A stretch of DNA of 26,643 nucleotides from an uncultured Solirubrobacteraceae bacterium (GCA_964588985.1 CAZPQW010000035.1:1-26643); one strand, 5' to 3'. Numbered from the stretch's first letter, positions 1-9,532 are shown. The notes: generated by a model not told the origin, from the sequence alone. Translations and numbers: made by a program.

Positions 1-1
1 C

Positions 2-946
2 CACCGCCTCGGCGCCAACGAGGCGCCGCCGGCGATCATCTCGATCTTCCTCGGCGCGGACCTCGAGAAGGTCTTCACGGCGATCGAGGCGGGCAAGGTC
101 CAGGCATCGAAGCCCGGCTCGTTCCTGGGGTTGGGCACACCGGTGCTGCCCGCGCTCCCGCTGCACGGCGGGGACCGCAACCGCACCAGCCCGTTCGCGT
201 TCACGGGGAACAAGTTCGAGTTCCGCGCGCTGGGGTCCAACTCCTCGCCGGCGTTCCCCAACACCGTCCTGAACACGATCGTCGCCGAAGCGGTCGACGA
301 CCTCACGGACAAGCTCAAAACAGCGTTGAAAGCCTCCGGCGCGACGCTGGAGAAGGCTGTCACGAGCGTCGTCAAAGATGTCTTCGCCGCCAACAAGCAG
401 GTCGTCTTCGACGGCGACGGCTACTCCGACGCGTGGCACAAAGAGGCCGAGAAGCGCGGCCTCTACAACCTCAAAACGACGCCCGACGCGCTCCCGTGGA
501 TCGTCGAGAAATCGACCGTCGCGGCGTTCAAAAAATACAAGGTGCTCTCCAAGCGCGAGCTCGAGTCCCGCTACGACGTGTTCACCGAGCAGTACGTGAT
601 GAACATCAACATCGAGGCGGAGACCGCGGCATCGATCGCCCGCACGATGATCCTGCCGGCGACCGTTCGCTACCTCAACGAACTGACCGCGAGCGGTCTC
701 GACGAACTGGTGGGCGAGCTCGAGCCGGTCGTGAAGGAGTTCCACTTCGCGCTGCGCAAGCTCGAGGACGCGAACCTCGACGAGAACCACCCGGACAGCT
801 CCCCGATGAAGGAGGCGCTCTACATGCGCGACTCCGTCATCGTCGCGATGGACGACGTGCGCGAGGTGGCCGACCGGCTGGAGAAGCTGATCGCGGACGA
901 CCTCTGGCCGCTGCCGAAGTACTCGGAGATGCTCTTCATCAAGTAG
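2..946 (+). CDS. glnN: Glutamine synthetase type III, C-terminal part (5' end outside window)
   Basis: Frame 2 is open from base 2 and reads HRLGANEAPPAIISIFLG, then DRNRTSPFAFTGNKFEFRA, FDGDGYS..W..EAEKRGL and the C-terminus WPLPKYSEMLFIK, all GSIII signatures. Confidence 0.95.
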   Translation, partial: HRLGANEAPPAIISIFLGADLEKVFTAIEAGKVQASKPGSFLGLGTPVLPALPLHGGDRNRTSPFAFTGNKFEFRALGSNSSPAFPNTVLNTIVAEAVDDLTDKLKTALKASGATLEKAVTSVVKDVFAANKQVVFDGDGYSDAWHKEAEKRGLYNLKTTPDALPWIVEKSTVAAFKKYKVLSKRELESRYDVFTEQYVMNINIEAETAASIARTMILPATVRYLNELTASGLDELVGELEPVVKEFHFALRKLEDANLDENHPDSSPMKEALYMRDSVIVAMDDVREVADRLEKLIADDLWPLPKYSEMLFIK

Positions 947-955
947 CGAAGACGG

Positions 956-3340
956 CTAACGGCGCCCGAGTTCGCGTATCGCTTCGCGCTCGGGCGCCTG
1001 AGGGTCGCCTTCGCCGGCGCAGAATCCGGATTCGGCTTCTGCGCCGTCGGTCGGCAGGTGTCCGTTCTCGGCCTGCCACAGCGGCGAGCGGGGGCCGGCG
1101 ACGTGGTAGTACGCGTCGATCGCACGCTGGATGCTGCTCTCCTTCACCTTCCCAGCCTGCACCTCGCTCGGGGTCGCGACTCCGAAGTGGCCCTTCCAAC
1201 ACGCCCACGGCGTCTTGGCGAGATCCACCAGCGGCGTCGCCTGGGCACGAAACGCGAACCTTCCAGAGCCGCACACGAGCCAGTCGCTGACCTTGCCTTT
1301 GAGGCCGTTCGCGTAGCGGGGTCGAGGGCCGCAGTCGGCCTCGTAGGTGGGGTGGCCGCCATAGGCGGCCTGCACGATCGGGTGCCCTTCGTCGAACGTC
1401 AGCCGCGGGCTGTCCCATGGCAGGTATTCGCCCTCGTTGCTGTGGCGCGCGGTGTACAGCCATCGCGCCTGCTTGGTGCGCGGGTCGACGAGCACGGTCA
1501 CGTGCTCCCAGTCGCCCTGGTGCAGATCGGTGTTCGCCACGTCGGCGGCGATCGGAGCTCCACCCATGAGATCGGCGTGGACGATCGTGGGGTAGTAGTT
1601 GTAGGGATAGAAGAACCAGTACTGCAGCGCCACGAGGCCCGTCCCGATTTCACGATTCCGCGCCGGCCAATGCGACGGGTCGGCGTGACCGGCGTAGAAG
1701 AAGTACACCTGCGCGGTTGACCACGGATCGAACACACCGGGATCCGAGAGCCATTCCTGCAGCGACGGGATGACGCTGTTGAGCCCTTGCTGCCCACGCA
1801 GGAACGCGTCGAACTGTCCCGTCGGATTCTGGGCGAGCGCCGGGCTGGCGGGAAATTCGAGGTAATCGCTCGCGCGGCTGCCAATCGGGCGCAGGTCAGC
1901 CGGCGTGGGGTGTGAAACGGCGCAGCCTTCGCCGGCGCGACGCAGGCACGTCCTCCTGCCGCCAGGACCGATGTCTTCGAGCAGCGCGCCCACCGACACG
2001 GGCCAGAAGCGGTCGGCGACCGTTACGAGCACCGTCGGCTGAAAGCGCTTGCCCAGTTCGGCCAGCGCCGGGGTGGTCTGTTCGATCGGCGGCTCGCCGT
2101 CGTGCGCATGGCTCCCGGGCTGCGACGGCGGCCCTTCGAACACCGCCGAGCCCAGCTGCGGCGCTTCACGCCCGTTGCTCGGGTGCGGTGGCGGCTTATC
2201 GGCGCACGTCGCGACCCTGCTCTTCAGTTCGGGCCTGATCCAGGCCGGGGTCTGGGCGTCGATGCCGAACGCCCGCAGCGCGAGCGTCGGCAGCGAGGGT
2301 CGATACCCGGAGTCGAGCGTGAACTGCTTCGCGGTTGTGGTGATCGACCTGATGTCTTCCGCCGGCACGAACTCCACTCGGTTGTCGATCGAGGTGGCGT
2401 CGGCTAGCGGCGTGCAGGTCACGAGGAAGGCGCCCGAGCCGGTGTGGCCGAGATAGCCGCCGGCGCGCTGCCCGGCCGTCTTCGTTTCCACGATCGCACT
2501 CGAGAAGCTCACGGGCGGCGTCGTGTAGAACGCGACCGCGACGAGCGCGTAGATCGTCAGCAGCAGCCACGGCAACGGCGAGCGCAGGAACTCAAACGAC
2601 GACTTGGGCAGTTCTTTTTTGCCGTACCACCGCCCGAAGCTGCCGATCCCCATCCACGTCAGCACGAGCAGCCCGATGGGCGCGGCGGAGAACATCGCGA
2701 CCGCCCCCGCGGCCACCCACAGGAACGCGTGGATGACGCGCCCGCCCCGCAGTGGATTGACCCTGCCGAGCACCAACGCGGCGACAAGCGAGAACAGCGC
2801 CCACGGCGCGAGCAGCGACCACCATGCGCCCGGATGCCACTGATCGATCAGTGTCTTCGCGAGCCTCCCCCCGACGAGGCCGAACGTCACGGAGAGCACG
2901 CCGACGTTGAAGCCCGCGATCACCCTCACCAGTCCCTCCTCCGACGTGGAGCGTGTGGGGACGTGCGTTTGAGACCGAGGCTCGCGCCGGACGAACCGCT
3001 CGTGGGCGCTGGCGCGATCGTGCTCGACGATGTCCCTCCAAGCGTCCGCGTGCTTGTCCCACCGACCCCAGTGCACGGCGTAGGCGACGGCGCACATCGC
3101 GCCGAACACGATCGCCATGACGATCACCACACGCGCACCTGTGGCGAGAATCACCTTTTCGTCGACCATCGGCAGCGACGAGTCGACGGACAGACGCGCC
3201 GCCGAGAGACGCGCCCACGTGACTAGCCAGCCGATCGCGTACACGTAGCCGGCCAGGGGCACAACGGCCCCCGCGGTCTGGATCACCTTTTCGACGGTCC
3301 AGTCGTCCTTCGGCTTGTCGTCTTCCTTCGACTTAGCCAT
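956..3340 (-). CDS. Multi-pass membrane protein with C-terminal Vps62-like domain (794 aa)
   Basis: About 7-8 hydrophobic segments in the first ~275 aa. C-terminal motifs RFQP, ALQYWFFYPYN, HQGDWEHVTV, ARH..GE, HPIV..AYGGHPTY, W.GHFG, GP.SP match Vps62-like proteins. The start overlaps the upstream stop by 8 nt. Confidence 0.75.
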   Translation of the reverse strand: MAKSKEDDKPKDDWTVEKVIQTAGAVVPLAGYVYAIGWLVTWARLSAARLSVDSSLPMVDEKVILATGARVVIVMAIVFGAMCAVAYAVHWGRWDKHADAWRDIVEHDRASAHERFVRREPRSQTHVPTRSTSEEGLVRVIAGFNVGVLSVTFGLVGGRLAKTLIDQWHPGAWWSLLAPWALFSLVAALVLGRVNPLRGGRVIHAFLWVAAGAVAMFSAAPIGLLVLTWMGIGSFGRWYGKKELPKSSFEFLRSPLPWLLLTIYALVAVAFYTTPPVSFSSAIVETKTAGQRAGGYLGHTGSGAFLVTCTPLADATSIDNRVEFVPAEDIRSITTTAKQFTLDSGYRPSLPTLALRAFGIDAQTPAWIRPELKSRVATCADKPPPHPSNGREAPQLGSAVFEGPPSQPGSHAHDGEPPIEQTTPALAELGKRFQPTVLVTVADRFWPVSVGALLEDIGPGGRRTCLRRAGEGCAVSHPTPADLRPIGSRASDYLEFPASPALAQNPTGQFDAFLRGQQGLNSVIPSLQEWLSDPGVFDPWSTAQVYFFYAGHADPSHWPARNREIGTGLVALQYWFFYPYNYYPTIVHADLMGGAPIAADVANTDLHQGDWEHVTVLVDPRTKQARWLYTARHSNEGEYLPWDSPRLTFDEGHPIVQAAYGGHPTYEADCGPRPRYANGLKGKVSDWLVCGSGRFAFRAQATPLVDLAKTPWACWKGHFGVATPSEVQAGKVKESSIQRAIDAYYHVAGPRSPLWQAENGHLPTDGAEAESGFCAGEGDPQAPEREAIRELGRR
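961..998 (+). terminator. GC-rich hairpin just after the glnN stop, inside the 3' end of the convergent gene
   Basis: GGCGCCCGAG (961-970) pairs with CTCGGGCGCC (989-998); 18-nt loop; no U-tract. Confidence 0.35.
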
Positions 3341-4838
3341 TGAAGTGGGACGTCGAAATCCCGACCCGCTTGCTGAATGGGCTGTCGAACACGCCGCTCG
3401 CGTTGATCTGGGAATGAATTCGCTGCCAATCGTCGTAGCGGGGGTACATCGACGCCACCAGGCCGTGGCTCCCGGTCAACGAGTTCACCTGGCCCCAGTG
3501 CGGGCGCCCGCCGAGCGCGTAGAGGGCGTTCTCGTGCGCCGCCAGCAGCTCCATGCCGCCGACGGTGTGGGTCGACATGATCAGCTCGATCATCATCGTG
3601 TCGCGGCCCTGCATCATCGACATGTGCGCGTCGGTGGCCTTCACGAAGCGCAGCGAGATCGGCGAGCTGTGGTAGACGTCGCCCACCCGCGCGCGCCGCC
3701 CGGCGACCTCGACGATCTTGTCGACCGCGGCGAGGTGCAGCCCGCGCTCGTCCACCGGCACGCCGATCTCACACGAGTAGGCCGGTAGGTAGTTGGCCGC
3801 CCCGATGTTGAACACGCGGTAGCTGAGGTTGACGTAGTCGGGGTTCACCAGCGCCCTGAGCGCCCGACCGATCAGGAACGGCGCGATCTGCGGGCGCAGG
3901 CCGAGGATCAGGTTGAGAAGCTGCGGGGTGAATGGGAATCGCGCGGTCAGTTCCATCAGCAGGCTGCGCGAGCGGCGGCGGTCGCGACGGTAGTCCTCTG
4001 ACGTCACCGGGTCGCGGGTGGTGACGAGGCATTCGATCTCCCCATTCGTGTCGGGGTAGGGGTTGAAGTAGACCTCGTAGTGCAAGCTCTGCTTCAGCGC
4101 CTCTCCGCTCGCCAGTTCCGCGCGCACCTTCGACCACGTGCTCATCGAGCGGACCTCGCGCAGGTAGAACAGCGGCTGCACCTCGAGGATCACGGAGTAG
4201 ATCAGGCCCATGCACCCCATCCCGACGACCGCGGCGTTGAACCAGTCGTCGTCCTGTACGAGCTGGCGCTCAGGGTATTGCGCCGAGTAGGCGTCGGGGT
4301 CGGTCGGCCCACCGGCGGGCTCGATCCGATAGACGGCGCCGCCGTGGGCCACGACGTCGAGGGATCTGACGAGATCCGGCAGCGGCCCGAAGTGGATGCC
4401 CGATCCGTGGGTCGAGGTCGAGATCACCCCCGCGACCGTCTGCCCGTCGAAGCCTCCCATGTTGGGCAGCGCCAGCTCGCGGGCGTGCAGGTGCTCGTTG
4501 AGCTCGGCGATCCTCATGCCGGCCTGCACCCGGACGAGCGTCTTCCCGTCGGCCGCAAGCTCGTCCACCACACCCGCGCGCAGCAGCTGCGGCTCGAGGT
4601 CGAGTGGCTTGTCGAGCCCCGTTGGACGGACGAGAATGCCGTCGGTGAGCGCCACGTCGGACCACGAATGGCCGGACCCGACCGCGCGTACGGCGCAGCC
4701 GTCCCGTTCCGCGTCGCGAACCGCCTGGCGGAGATCCTCGAGCGATGTGGGCGTGACTTCGAGGAGCGGATCTATGCCCTGGTTGCCCGTGTCGTTGTGC
4801 CAGGCGTTGCGCCTCGTGACCCTCTCGCGCAGGCCCAT
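3333..4838 (-). CDS. FAD-linked oxidase, D-arabinono-1,4-lactone/L-gulonolactone oxidase (ALO) family (501 aa)
   Basis: VRAVGSGHSWS (FAD-linking His motif), GQTVAGVISTSTHGSG, GMGCMGLI, C-terminal GGRPHWGQ. ATG at 4838 lies 5 nt after the GMC stop; the longer ORF-track start at 5171 overlaps the GMC gene. Confidence 0.88.
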   Translation of the reverse strand: MGLRERVTRRNAWHNDTGNQGIDPLLEVTPTSLEDLRQAVRDAERDGCAVRAVGSGHSWSDVALTDGILVRPTGLDKPLDLEPQLLRAGVVDELAADGKTLVRVQAGMRIAELNEHLHARELALPNMGGFDGQTVAGVISTSTHGSGIHFGPLPDLVRSLDVVAHGGAVYRIEPAGGPTDPDAYSAQYPERQLVQDDDWFNAAVVGMGCMGLIYSVILEVQPLFYLREVRSMSTWSKVRAELASGEALKQSLHYEVYFNPYPDTNGEIECLVTTRDPVTSEDYRRDRRRSRSLLMELTARFPFTPQLLNLILGLRPQIAPFLIGRALRALVNPDYVNLSYRVFNIGAANYLPAYSCEIGVPVDERGLHLAAVDKIVEVAGRRARVGDVYHSSPISLRFVKATDAHMSMMQGRDTMMIELIMSTHTVGGMELLAAHENALYALGGRPHWGQVNSLTGSHGLVASMYPRYDDWQRIHSQINASGVFDSPFSKRVGISTSHFNG

Positions 4839-4843
4839 CGACG

Positions 4844-6403
4844 TCAGGCCCTCGACTCGATGAGCCGCTCGACCCCGCGCTCGGCCAGGGCGGCGATCGT
4901 CTTCGACGGGTTGATCCCCAGCGCGGTGGGCACGATCGAGCCGTCCAGCACGTACAGGCCCTCGTAGCCGTGGACCCTGCCCGTGTCGTCCACGACGCCG
5001 CGCGCCGGGTCGTCGGACATCGGGCAGCCTCCCAGCGGATGCACCGTGATGTAGGCGCTCAGGGGCCAGCTGTCCAGCGCGAAGAACGGCTCGGCTTCGA
5101 TGCCGCGCGCCAGCTCCTCCACGACCTTCCTCATCGACGCGAACAGGCTCGCGCTGTGCTGGGTGCTCCACTGAATGTCGAAGCGTTTGAACAGAGGCGT
5201 GAGGCGCATCCTGCCGTCGGCAGCGTCGCGGCCGATCATCAGGAACACGAGCGAATCGTCGATCGGCCGCTTCATCCGCGGGCGCAGGTGGCGGTGGGCG
5301 ATCGGCTGGTCGCTCAGCCCCAGGCGTACCGCCAGGCGCTTGGCTCGCAGGAGCAGGCCGCGCCAGCCGTGCAGCGCGGCGACGACGCGCACGATTTCCA
5401 GCAGCCCTCCGAAGTTCGACGGCAGCCCGCCGTCGGCCAGGAGGAAGTGGTGCTCGTCGGTGTAGTCGAGCGCGCTCGTCATAGATGGTCCGAAGTCCGT
5501 GCGCGGATCGCCGACCTCGCTCGCGCGTGGGTCGAACGCCGCGCCGAGCGCATCGCCGTTACCGGAGAAGCGGCTACCGAGAGCGTCGGAGAGGCGTGAA
5601 AGGCGAGAGTGGTTTTTCAACAGCAGCCGGCTCGTGCCAAGAGAGCCCGCGGCGAGCACCACCACCGGCGCCGTCAGCTCGCCGTCAGCGCCTCCCTCGA
5701 GGTGACGAAAGCCGACCCGCCAGCTCCCGCCGCTCGCCCTCGGCGGATCGAGCCGCACCACTTCGTGGAACGTGCGCACCTCGGCGCCATGGCTCTCCGC
5801 GCGTGCGATGTAGGTGATGTCGATCGTGTTCTTCGCGTGGATCGGGCAGCCGATGTCGCAGCGGCCGAGGTTTTCGCAGCGCTTCTGATGGACGCCGCTG
5901 AAGGGGTGCTCGCGATCCCCTTCGAAGTTGACCGCCAGCGGCAGGCGGAACGCCTCCTTGTTCACACGCGCGCCCGCGGCCGCGAAAGCCCGCATCTTCG
6001 GCAGGTCTTCGGGCGTCTGCATCGGTAGCAGCGCCTCCTCGGTGCGGGCGTAGTAGGGGTCGAGCGCCTCACGGTCGATCGCCTCCGGCCAGCCCGCCGC
6101 GAACACGTCGGGCGGCGCCGGCAGTTGCACGTTGGCGTACACGAGCGAGCCTCCGCCCACGCCGGCGGCGGTCATGACCGACAGGTCTTTCATGACCCGC
6201 AGGTCGAACATCCCGTGCGGGTTAAGCGTGGGATGCCACAGCGCGGACGGCGCCTGCTCGGGGGTCGCGGGGAAGTCCTCCGGCGCGAAGCGCCGTCCCC
6301 GCTCGAGCACCGCCACCCGCTTGCCCGCTTCCGCCAGCCGACAGGCCGCGATACCGCCGCCGAAGCCCGATCCCACCACGATCGCGTCGTAGCTCGCGTC
6401 CAT
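4844..6403 (-). CDS. GMC-family oxidoreductase, cholesterol-oxidase (ChoD)-like (519 aa)
   Basis: YDAIVVGSGFGG..A.RLAE.G..V.VLERG; GVGGGSLVYANV; CENLGRCDIGC...AKNT; AAGSLGT..LL; FSGNGD; TVHPLGGC.M; LYVLDGSIVP.ALGINPSKTIAALAER. Confidence 0.9.
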   Translation of the reverse strand: MDASYDAIVVGSGFGGGIAACRLAEAGKRVAVLERGRRFAPEDFPATPEQAPSALWHPTLNPHGMFDLRVMKDLSVMTAAGVGGGSLVYANVQLPAPPDVFAAGWPEAIDREALDPYYARTEEALLPMQTPEDLPKMRAFAAAGARVNKEAFRLPLAVNFEGDREHPFSGVHQKRCENLGRCDIGCPIHAKNTIDITYIARAESHGAEVRTFHEVVRLDPPRASGGSWRVGFRHLEGGADGELTAPVVVLAAGSLGTSRLLLKNHSRLSRLSDALGSRFSGNGDALGAAFDPRASEVGDPRTDFGPSMTSALDYTDEHHFLLADGGLPSNFGGLLEIVRVVAALHGWRGLLLRAKRLAVRLGLSDQPIAHRHLRPRMKRPIDDSLVFLMIGRDAADGRMRLTPLFKRFDIQWSTQHSASLFASMRKVVEELARGIEAEPFFALDSWPLSAYITVHPLGGCPMSDDPARGVVDDTGRVHGYEGLYVLDGSIVPTALGINPSKTIAALAERGVERLIESRA

Positions 6404-6567
6404 TTGCGGGCGAGCTTACACGCTGCCACGAACATATGGAAGAGATTGTTTTCTTGAGATGATTTCTGCTTCGCGAGTCATACCATGGACAACGAAAATG
6501 TTCTAAGATCTCGACGAAATTCACTCATCGCTAGCAGGGGGGTCCCGGTGCCGAAGGTGAGTCGCAG
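6404..6567. promoter_or_regulatory. AT-richer divergent promoter region between the GMC operon and the heme dioxygenase
   Basis: 164-bp non-coding gap between divergent starts. Minus-strand TAAGCT (6418-6413) lies 9 nt before the GMC ATG; plus-strand TAnnnT candidates are TACCAT (6481) and TAAGAT (6504). Confidence 0.5.
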
Positions 6568-8151
6568 ATGAATCTACGTTTGCCCAATGTGGTGGTACGG
6601 GAGCTGCCGAACGTGGTCGGTCGGCTCGGCCTGGGCGGCATCGAGCCGATCCGCAGGCTCGTCAGCCGTTACGTGATCAACAGGTTCGGTTACGCGACGA
6701 CCCTGCGGCCGCGCGCCCTTTCGCTGGCAAGCGATTACACGAGCTGGCTGAGCCTCAACGACCGCACCTACTCCGGTCGGCACCTGCCGCCGTCGACGCC
6801 GGAGCAGCAGGCGGGGCTTCCACCCGAAGCCGACGTCGTCTCCCTGTTCAGACGCCAGCGGATGACACCCGCGACCGACACGAGCGTGATGTTCATGTTC
6901 TTCGCGCAGTGGTTCACCGACAGCTTCCTGCGCACGAGCATGACCGACTTTCGCAAGAACGAGTCCAACCACGAGATCGACCTGTGCCAGATCTACGGGA
7001 GGAACATCGAAGCGACGAACCTGCTGCGCTCGAACCAGGGCGGACGCCTGAAGAGCCAGGTGATCGAGGGCGAGGAATATCCCGAATTCCTGTTCGCTCC
7101 CCGCGCGCCGGGCGAGCCGGCGGTGTTCAAGCCGGAGTTCGAGGGCCTGTTCGACCCCGAGTTCATCACCGGCGTGATCCTCAGGAGCGCACCCGAACAG
7201 CAGACCGACACGTTCTTCGCTGTCGGCCTCGAGCATGGCAACTCGACGATCGGGAACACCGTCATGAACATCGTGTTCCTGCGCGAGCACAACCGGGTCG
7301 CCGGCATCCTCGCCGAGGAGAACCCCGAATGGGACGACGAGCGGATCTTCCAGACGGCTCGGAACATCCTGATCGTGATGCTGCTCAAGCTCGTCGTGGA
7401 GGAGTACATCATGCACATCGGCCCGTTCGACTTCCCAATCGAAGCGGTGCCGCTCATCGCGGACGAGGAGCGCTGGAACCGGACCAACTGGTGCGCGGTG
7501 GAGTTCAACCTGCTCTACCGCTGGCACTCGCTCATCCCGGACACGATCGGCACCGGCCCGGGCGCCCTGGACGCGACCGGCTTTCGCAACAACAACCCGC
7601 TGGTGCTGGAACGGGGCATCGAGGCGATCATGGCGATGTGCTCGAAGGAGCCCGCCGGCAGGATCGGGCTGCTCAACACGCCCGCGTTCCTCGTCGACGA
7701 CAGCCCGTATGGGCCCTCCGTCGAGCAGGTGACCGTCGGGCTCGCGCGCAAAGCGCGGCTGCTGTCGTTCAACGACTACCGCGAGGCGTACGGCCTCTCG
7801 CGGCTCGCCAGCTTCGACGACCTCACCTCCGACGCCGAGGTGCGCGAGCGGCTCGAGGCGCTGTACGGGGACATCGAGAAACTCGAGTGGTACGTCGGCA
7901 TCTTCGCCGAGGACTACCCCGACTACATGATGATGGGCGAACTGATGACCTTCATGGTCGCCAACGACGCCTTCACGCAGGCGCTCACAAATCCCCTGCT
8001 CGCTCGTAACGTGTTCACCGAGGCGACGTTCACGAAGACCGGCATGAAGATCCTCAAGGACACCGGCTCACTGCAGCAGATCGCGACACGCAACGCCGCG
8101 AAACCCGACGACGTGCACGTGAGCTTCGGCTACGGGGGCGCAGCTGCCTGA
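6568..8151 (+). CDS. Peroxidase-cyclooxygenase superfamily heme protein, cyclooxygenase/fatty-acid dioxygenase-like (527 aa)
   Basis: MFMFFAQWFTDSF, HEIDLCQIYG, LRS..GGRLKSQ.I.GEEYP, FLREHNRV..IL..ENPEWDDERIFQTAR.IL, VEEY, EFNLLYRWHSLIPD, SFNDYR, LYGDIE.LE.YVG..AE, collinear with the COX catalytic domain. Confidence 0.92.
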   Translation: MNLRLPNVVVRELPNVVGRLGLGGIEPIRRLVSRYVINRFGYATTLRPRALSLASDYTSWLSLNDRTYSGRHLPPSTPEQQAGLPPEADVVSLFRRQRMTPATDTSVMFMFFAQWFTDSFLRTSMTDFRKNESNHEIDLCQIYGRNIEATNLLRSNQGGRLKSQVIEGEEYPEFLFAPRAPGEPAVFKPEFEGLFDPEFITGVILRSAPEQQTDTFFAVGLEHGNSTIGNTVMNIVFLREHNRVAGILAEENPEWDDERIFQTARNILIVMLLKLVVEEYIMHIGPFDFPIEAVPLIADEERWNRTNWCAVEFNLLYRWHSLIPDTIGTGPGALDATGFRNNNPLVLERGIEAIMAMCSKEPAGRIGLLNTPAFLVDDSPYGPSVEQVTVGLARKARLLSFNDYREAYGLSRLASFDDLTSDAEVRERLEALYGDIEKLEWYVGIFAEDYPDYMMMGELMTFMVANDAFTQALTNPLLARNVFTEATFTKTGMKILKDTGSLQQIATRNAAKPDDVHVSFGYGGAAA

Positions 8152-8203
8152 CGGGGAGCGCTGACCGAGCACTCCCCAGCCAGAGCGACTGTATGCTGGC
8201 CCG

Positions 8204-9337
8204 GTGAGCAGCCGGATCGTCATCCTGGGAGCGGGCTTCGGGGGACTCGAGCTGTCGACGATGCTGTCGGAGGCGCTCGGCGACGACGCCGATGTGACGC
8301 TGATCGACAAGAACGACGCGTTCGTGTTCGGCTACTCCAAGCTCGACGTGATGTTCGGGCGCACCACCGCCGAGGCGGTCCGCCTCCCCTACCGTGCGAT
8401 CGCGAAGCCCGGCGTGCGGTTCCTGCGGGAGACCGTCACGGCGATCGACCCGGAGACCCGGATCGTGACCACCGATGTCGGTGTCCACGAGGCCGATGTG
8501 CTCGTGGTGGCGCTGGGCGCTGACTACGACTATGACGCCACCCCGGGACTCCTGGAGGCGGGCAGCGAGTTCTACTCCGTCGCCGGCGCCGAGCGGCTGG
8601 CCGAGATCCTCCCCACCTTCACCGCGGGCCGCGCGATCGTCGGCGTGTGCGGCGCGCCGTTCAAGTGCCCGCCGGCGCCGAGCGAGACCGCGCTGCTGCT
8701 GCACGACTACCTCTCCACGCGCGGCGTGCGCGACGCCTGCCAGATCTCGTTCGTGCTGCCGCTCGGCAGCCCCGTTCCTCCGTCGCCGGAAACCTCGAGC
8801 GCGCTCCTCGCCGCGTTCGAGGAGCGCGGCATCGAGTTCGTGCCCGGCAAGCGCGTGGCCTCGCTCGACGCGGCGCGCCGTGTGGCGGTGCTCGACGACG
8901 GGAGCGAGATGCTTTACGACCTGTTTCTCGGCGTACCCAAGCACCGTGCACCTGATGTGGTGATCGCGAGCGGGATGACCGAGGACGGTTACATACCCGT
9001 TGACTCGGCAACGCTCGCCACGCGCTTTCCGGACGTGTACGCGGTCGGTGACGTCACCACCGTCGGCGCACCGAAGGCTGGGGTGTTCGCCGAGGGCGCC
9101 GCGAAGGTCGTCGCCAAGTCGCTGATCGCGCGCATCCGCGGCGGCGCGCAGCCGGCGGCGTTCGACGGACGCGGCATCTGTTACATCGAGTTCGGCGCCG
9201 GGCGCATCGGGCGCGTGGAGGTCGACTTCCTCTCGGGGCCTAAGCCGACCGGGCAGTTCGGTGAGCCTTCCGAGGCGCTTGCCGCGGATAAGCGTCAGTT
9301 TGGTGAGATTCGTCGGGGGCGGTGGTTCGGGCTCTAG
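8204..9337 (+). CDS. FAD-dependent oxidoreductase, sulfide:quinone oxidoreductase (type III SQR)-like (377 aa)
   Basis: IVILGAGFGG, LVVALGA, FKCPPAPSE, VYAVGDV, PKAGVFA, GICYIEFG. TATGCT lies 6 nt before the GTG start. Confidence 0.82.
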   Translation: MSSRIVILGAGFGGLELSTMLSEALGDDADVTLIDKNDAFVFGYSKLDVMFGRTTAEAVRLPYRAIAKPGVRFLRETVTAIDPETRIVTTDVGVHEADVLVVALGADYDYDATPGLLEAGSEFYSVAGAERLAEILPTFTAGRAIVGVCGAPFKCPPAPSETALLLHDYLSTRGVRDACQISFVLPLGSPVPPSPETSSALLAAFEERGIEFVPGKRVASLDAARRVAVLDDGSEMLYDLFLGVPKHRAPDVVIASGMTEDGYIPVDSATLATRFPDVYAVGDVTTVGAPKAGVFAEGAAKVVAKSLIARIRGGAQPAAFDGRGICYIEFGAGRIGRVEVDFLSGPKPTGQFGEPSEALAADKRQFGEIRRGRWFGL

Positions 9338-9532
9338 GCTGGGCAGCCTCCGAGATGGCAAAGGAGGCGTTTGCTGAGCCTGTGCCAAGATGCCTCATAT
9401 TCGTCCGCGGCGTGAGCGCGCGGGGTGTCACCCGAGACGCTCGCCTTACCGCGGAAGCGGAAGTCGGTCAAGGAAGGCAGATCCGCAGTTTGGAGCCGAG
9501 CGTCTGCCGCAGAGGTGGCTACGATTCACGCC

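Noticed and set aside
4839-5171. N-terminal extension of the ALO ORF suggesting a GMC-ALO fusion or frameshift
   Set aside because: The GMC ends with its normal C-terminal motif and stop, and the ALO has its own ATG 5 nt later.
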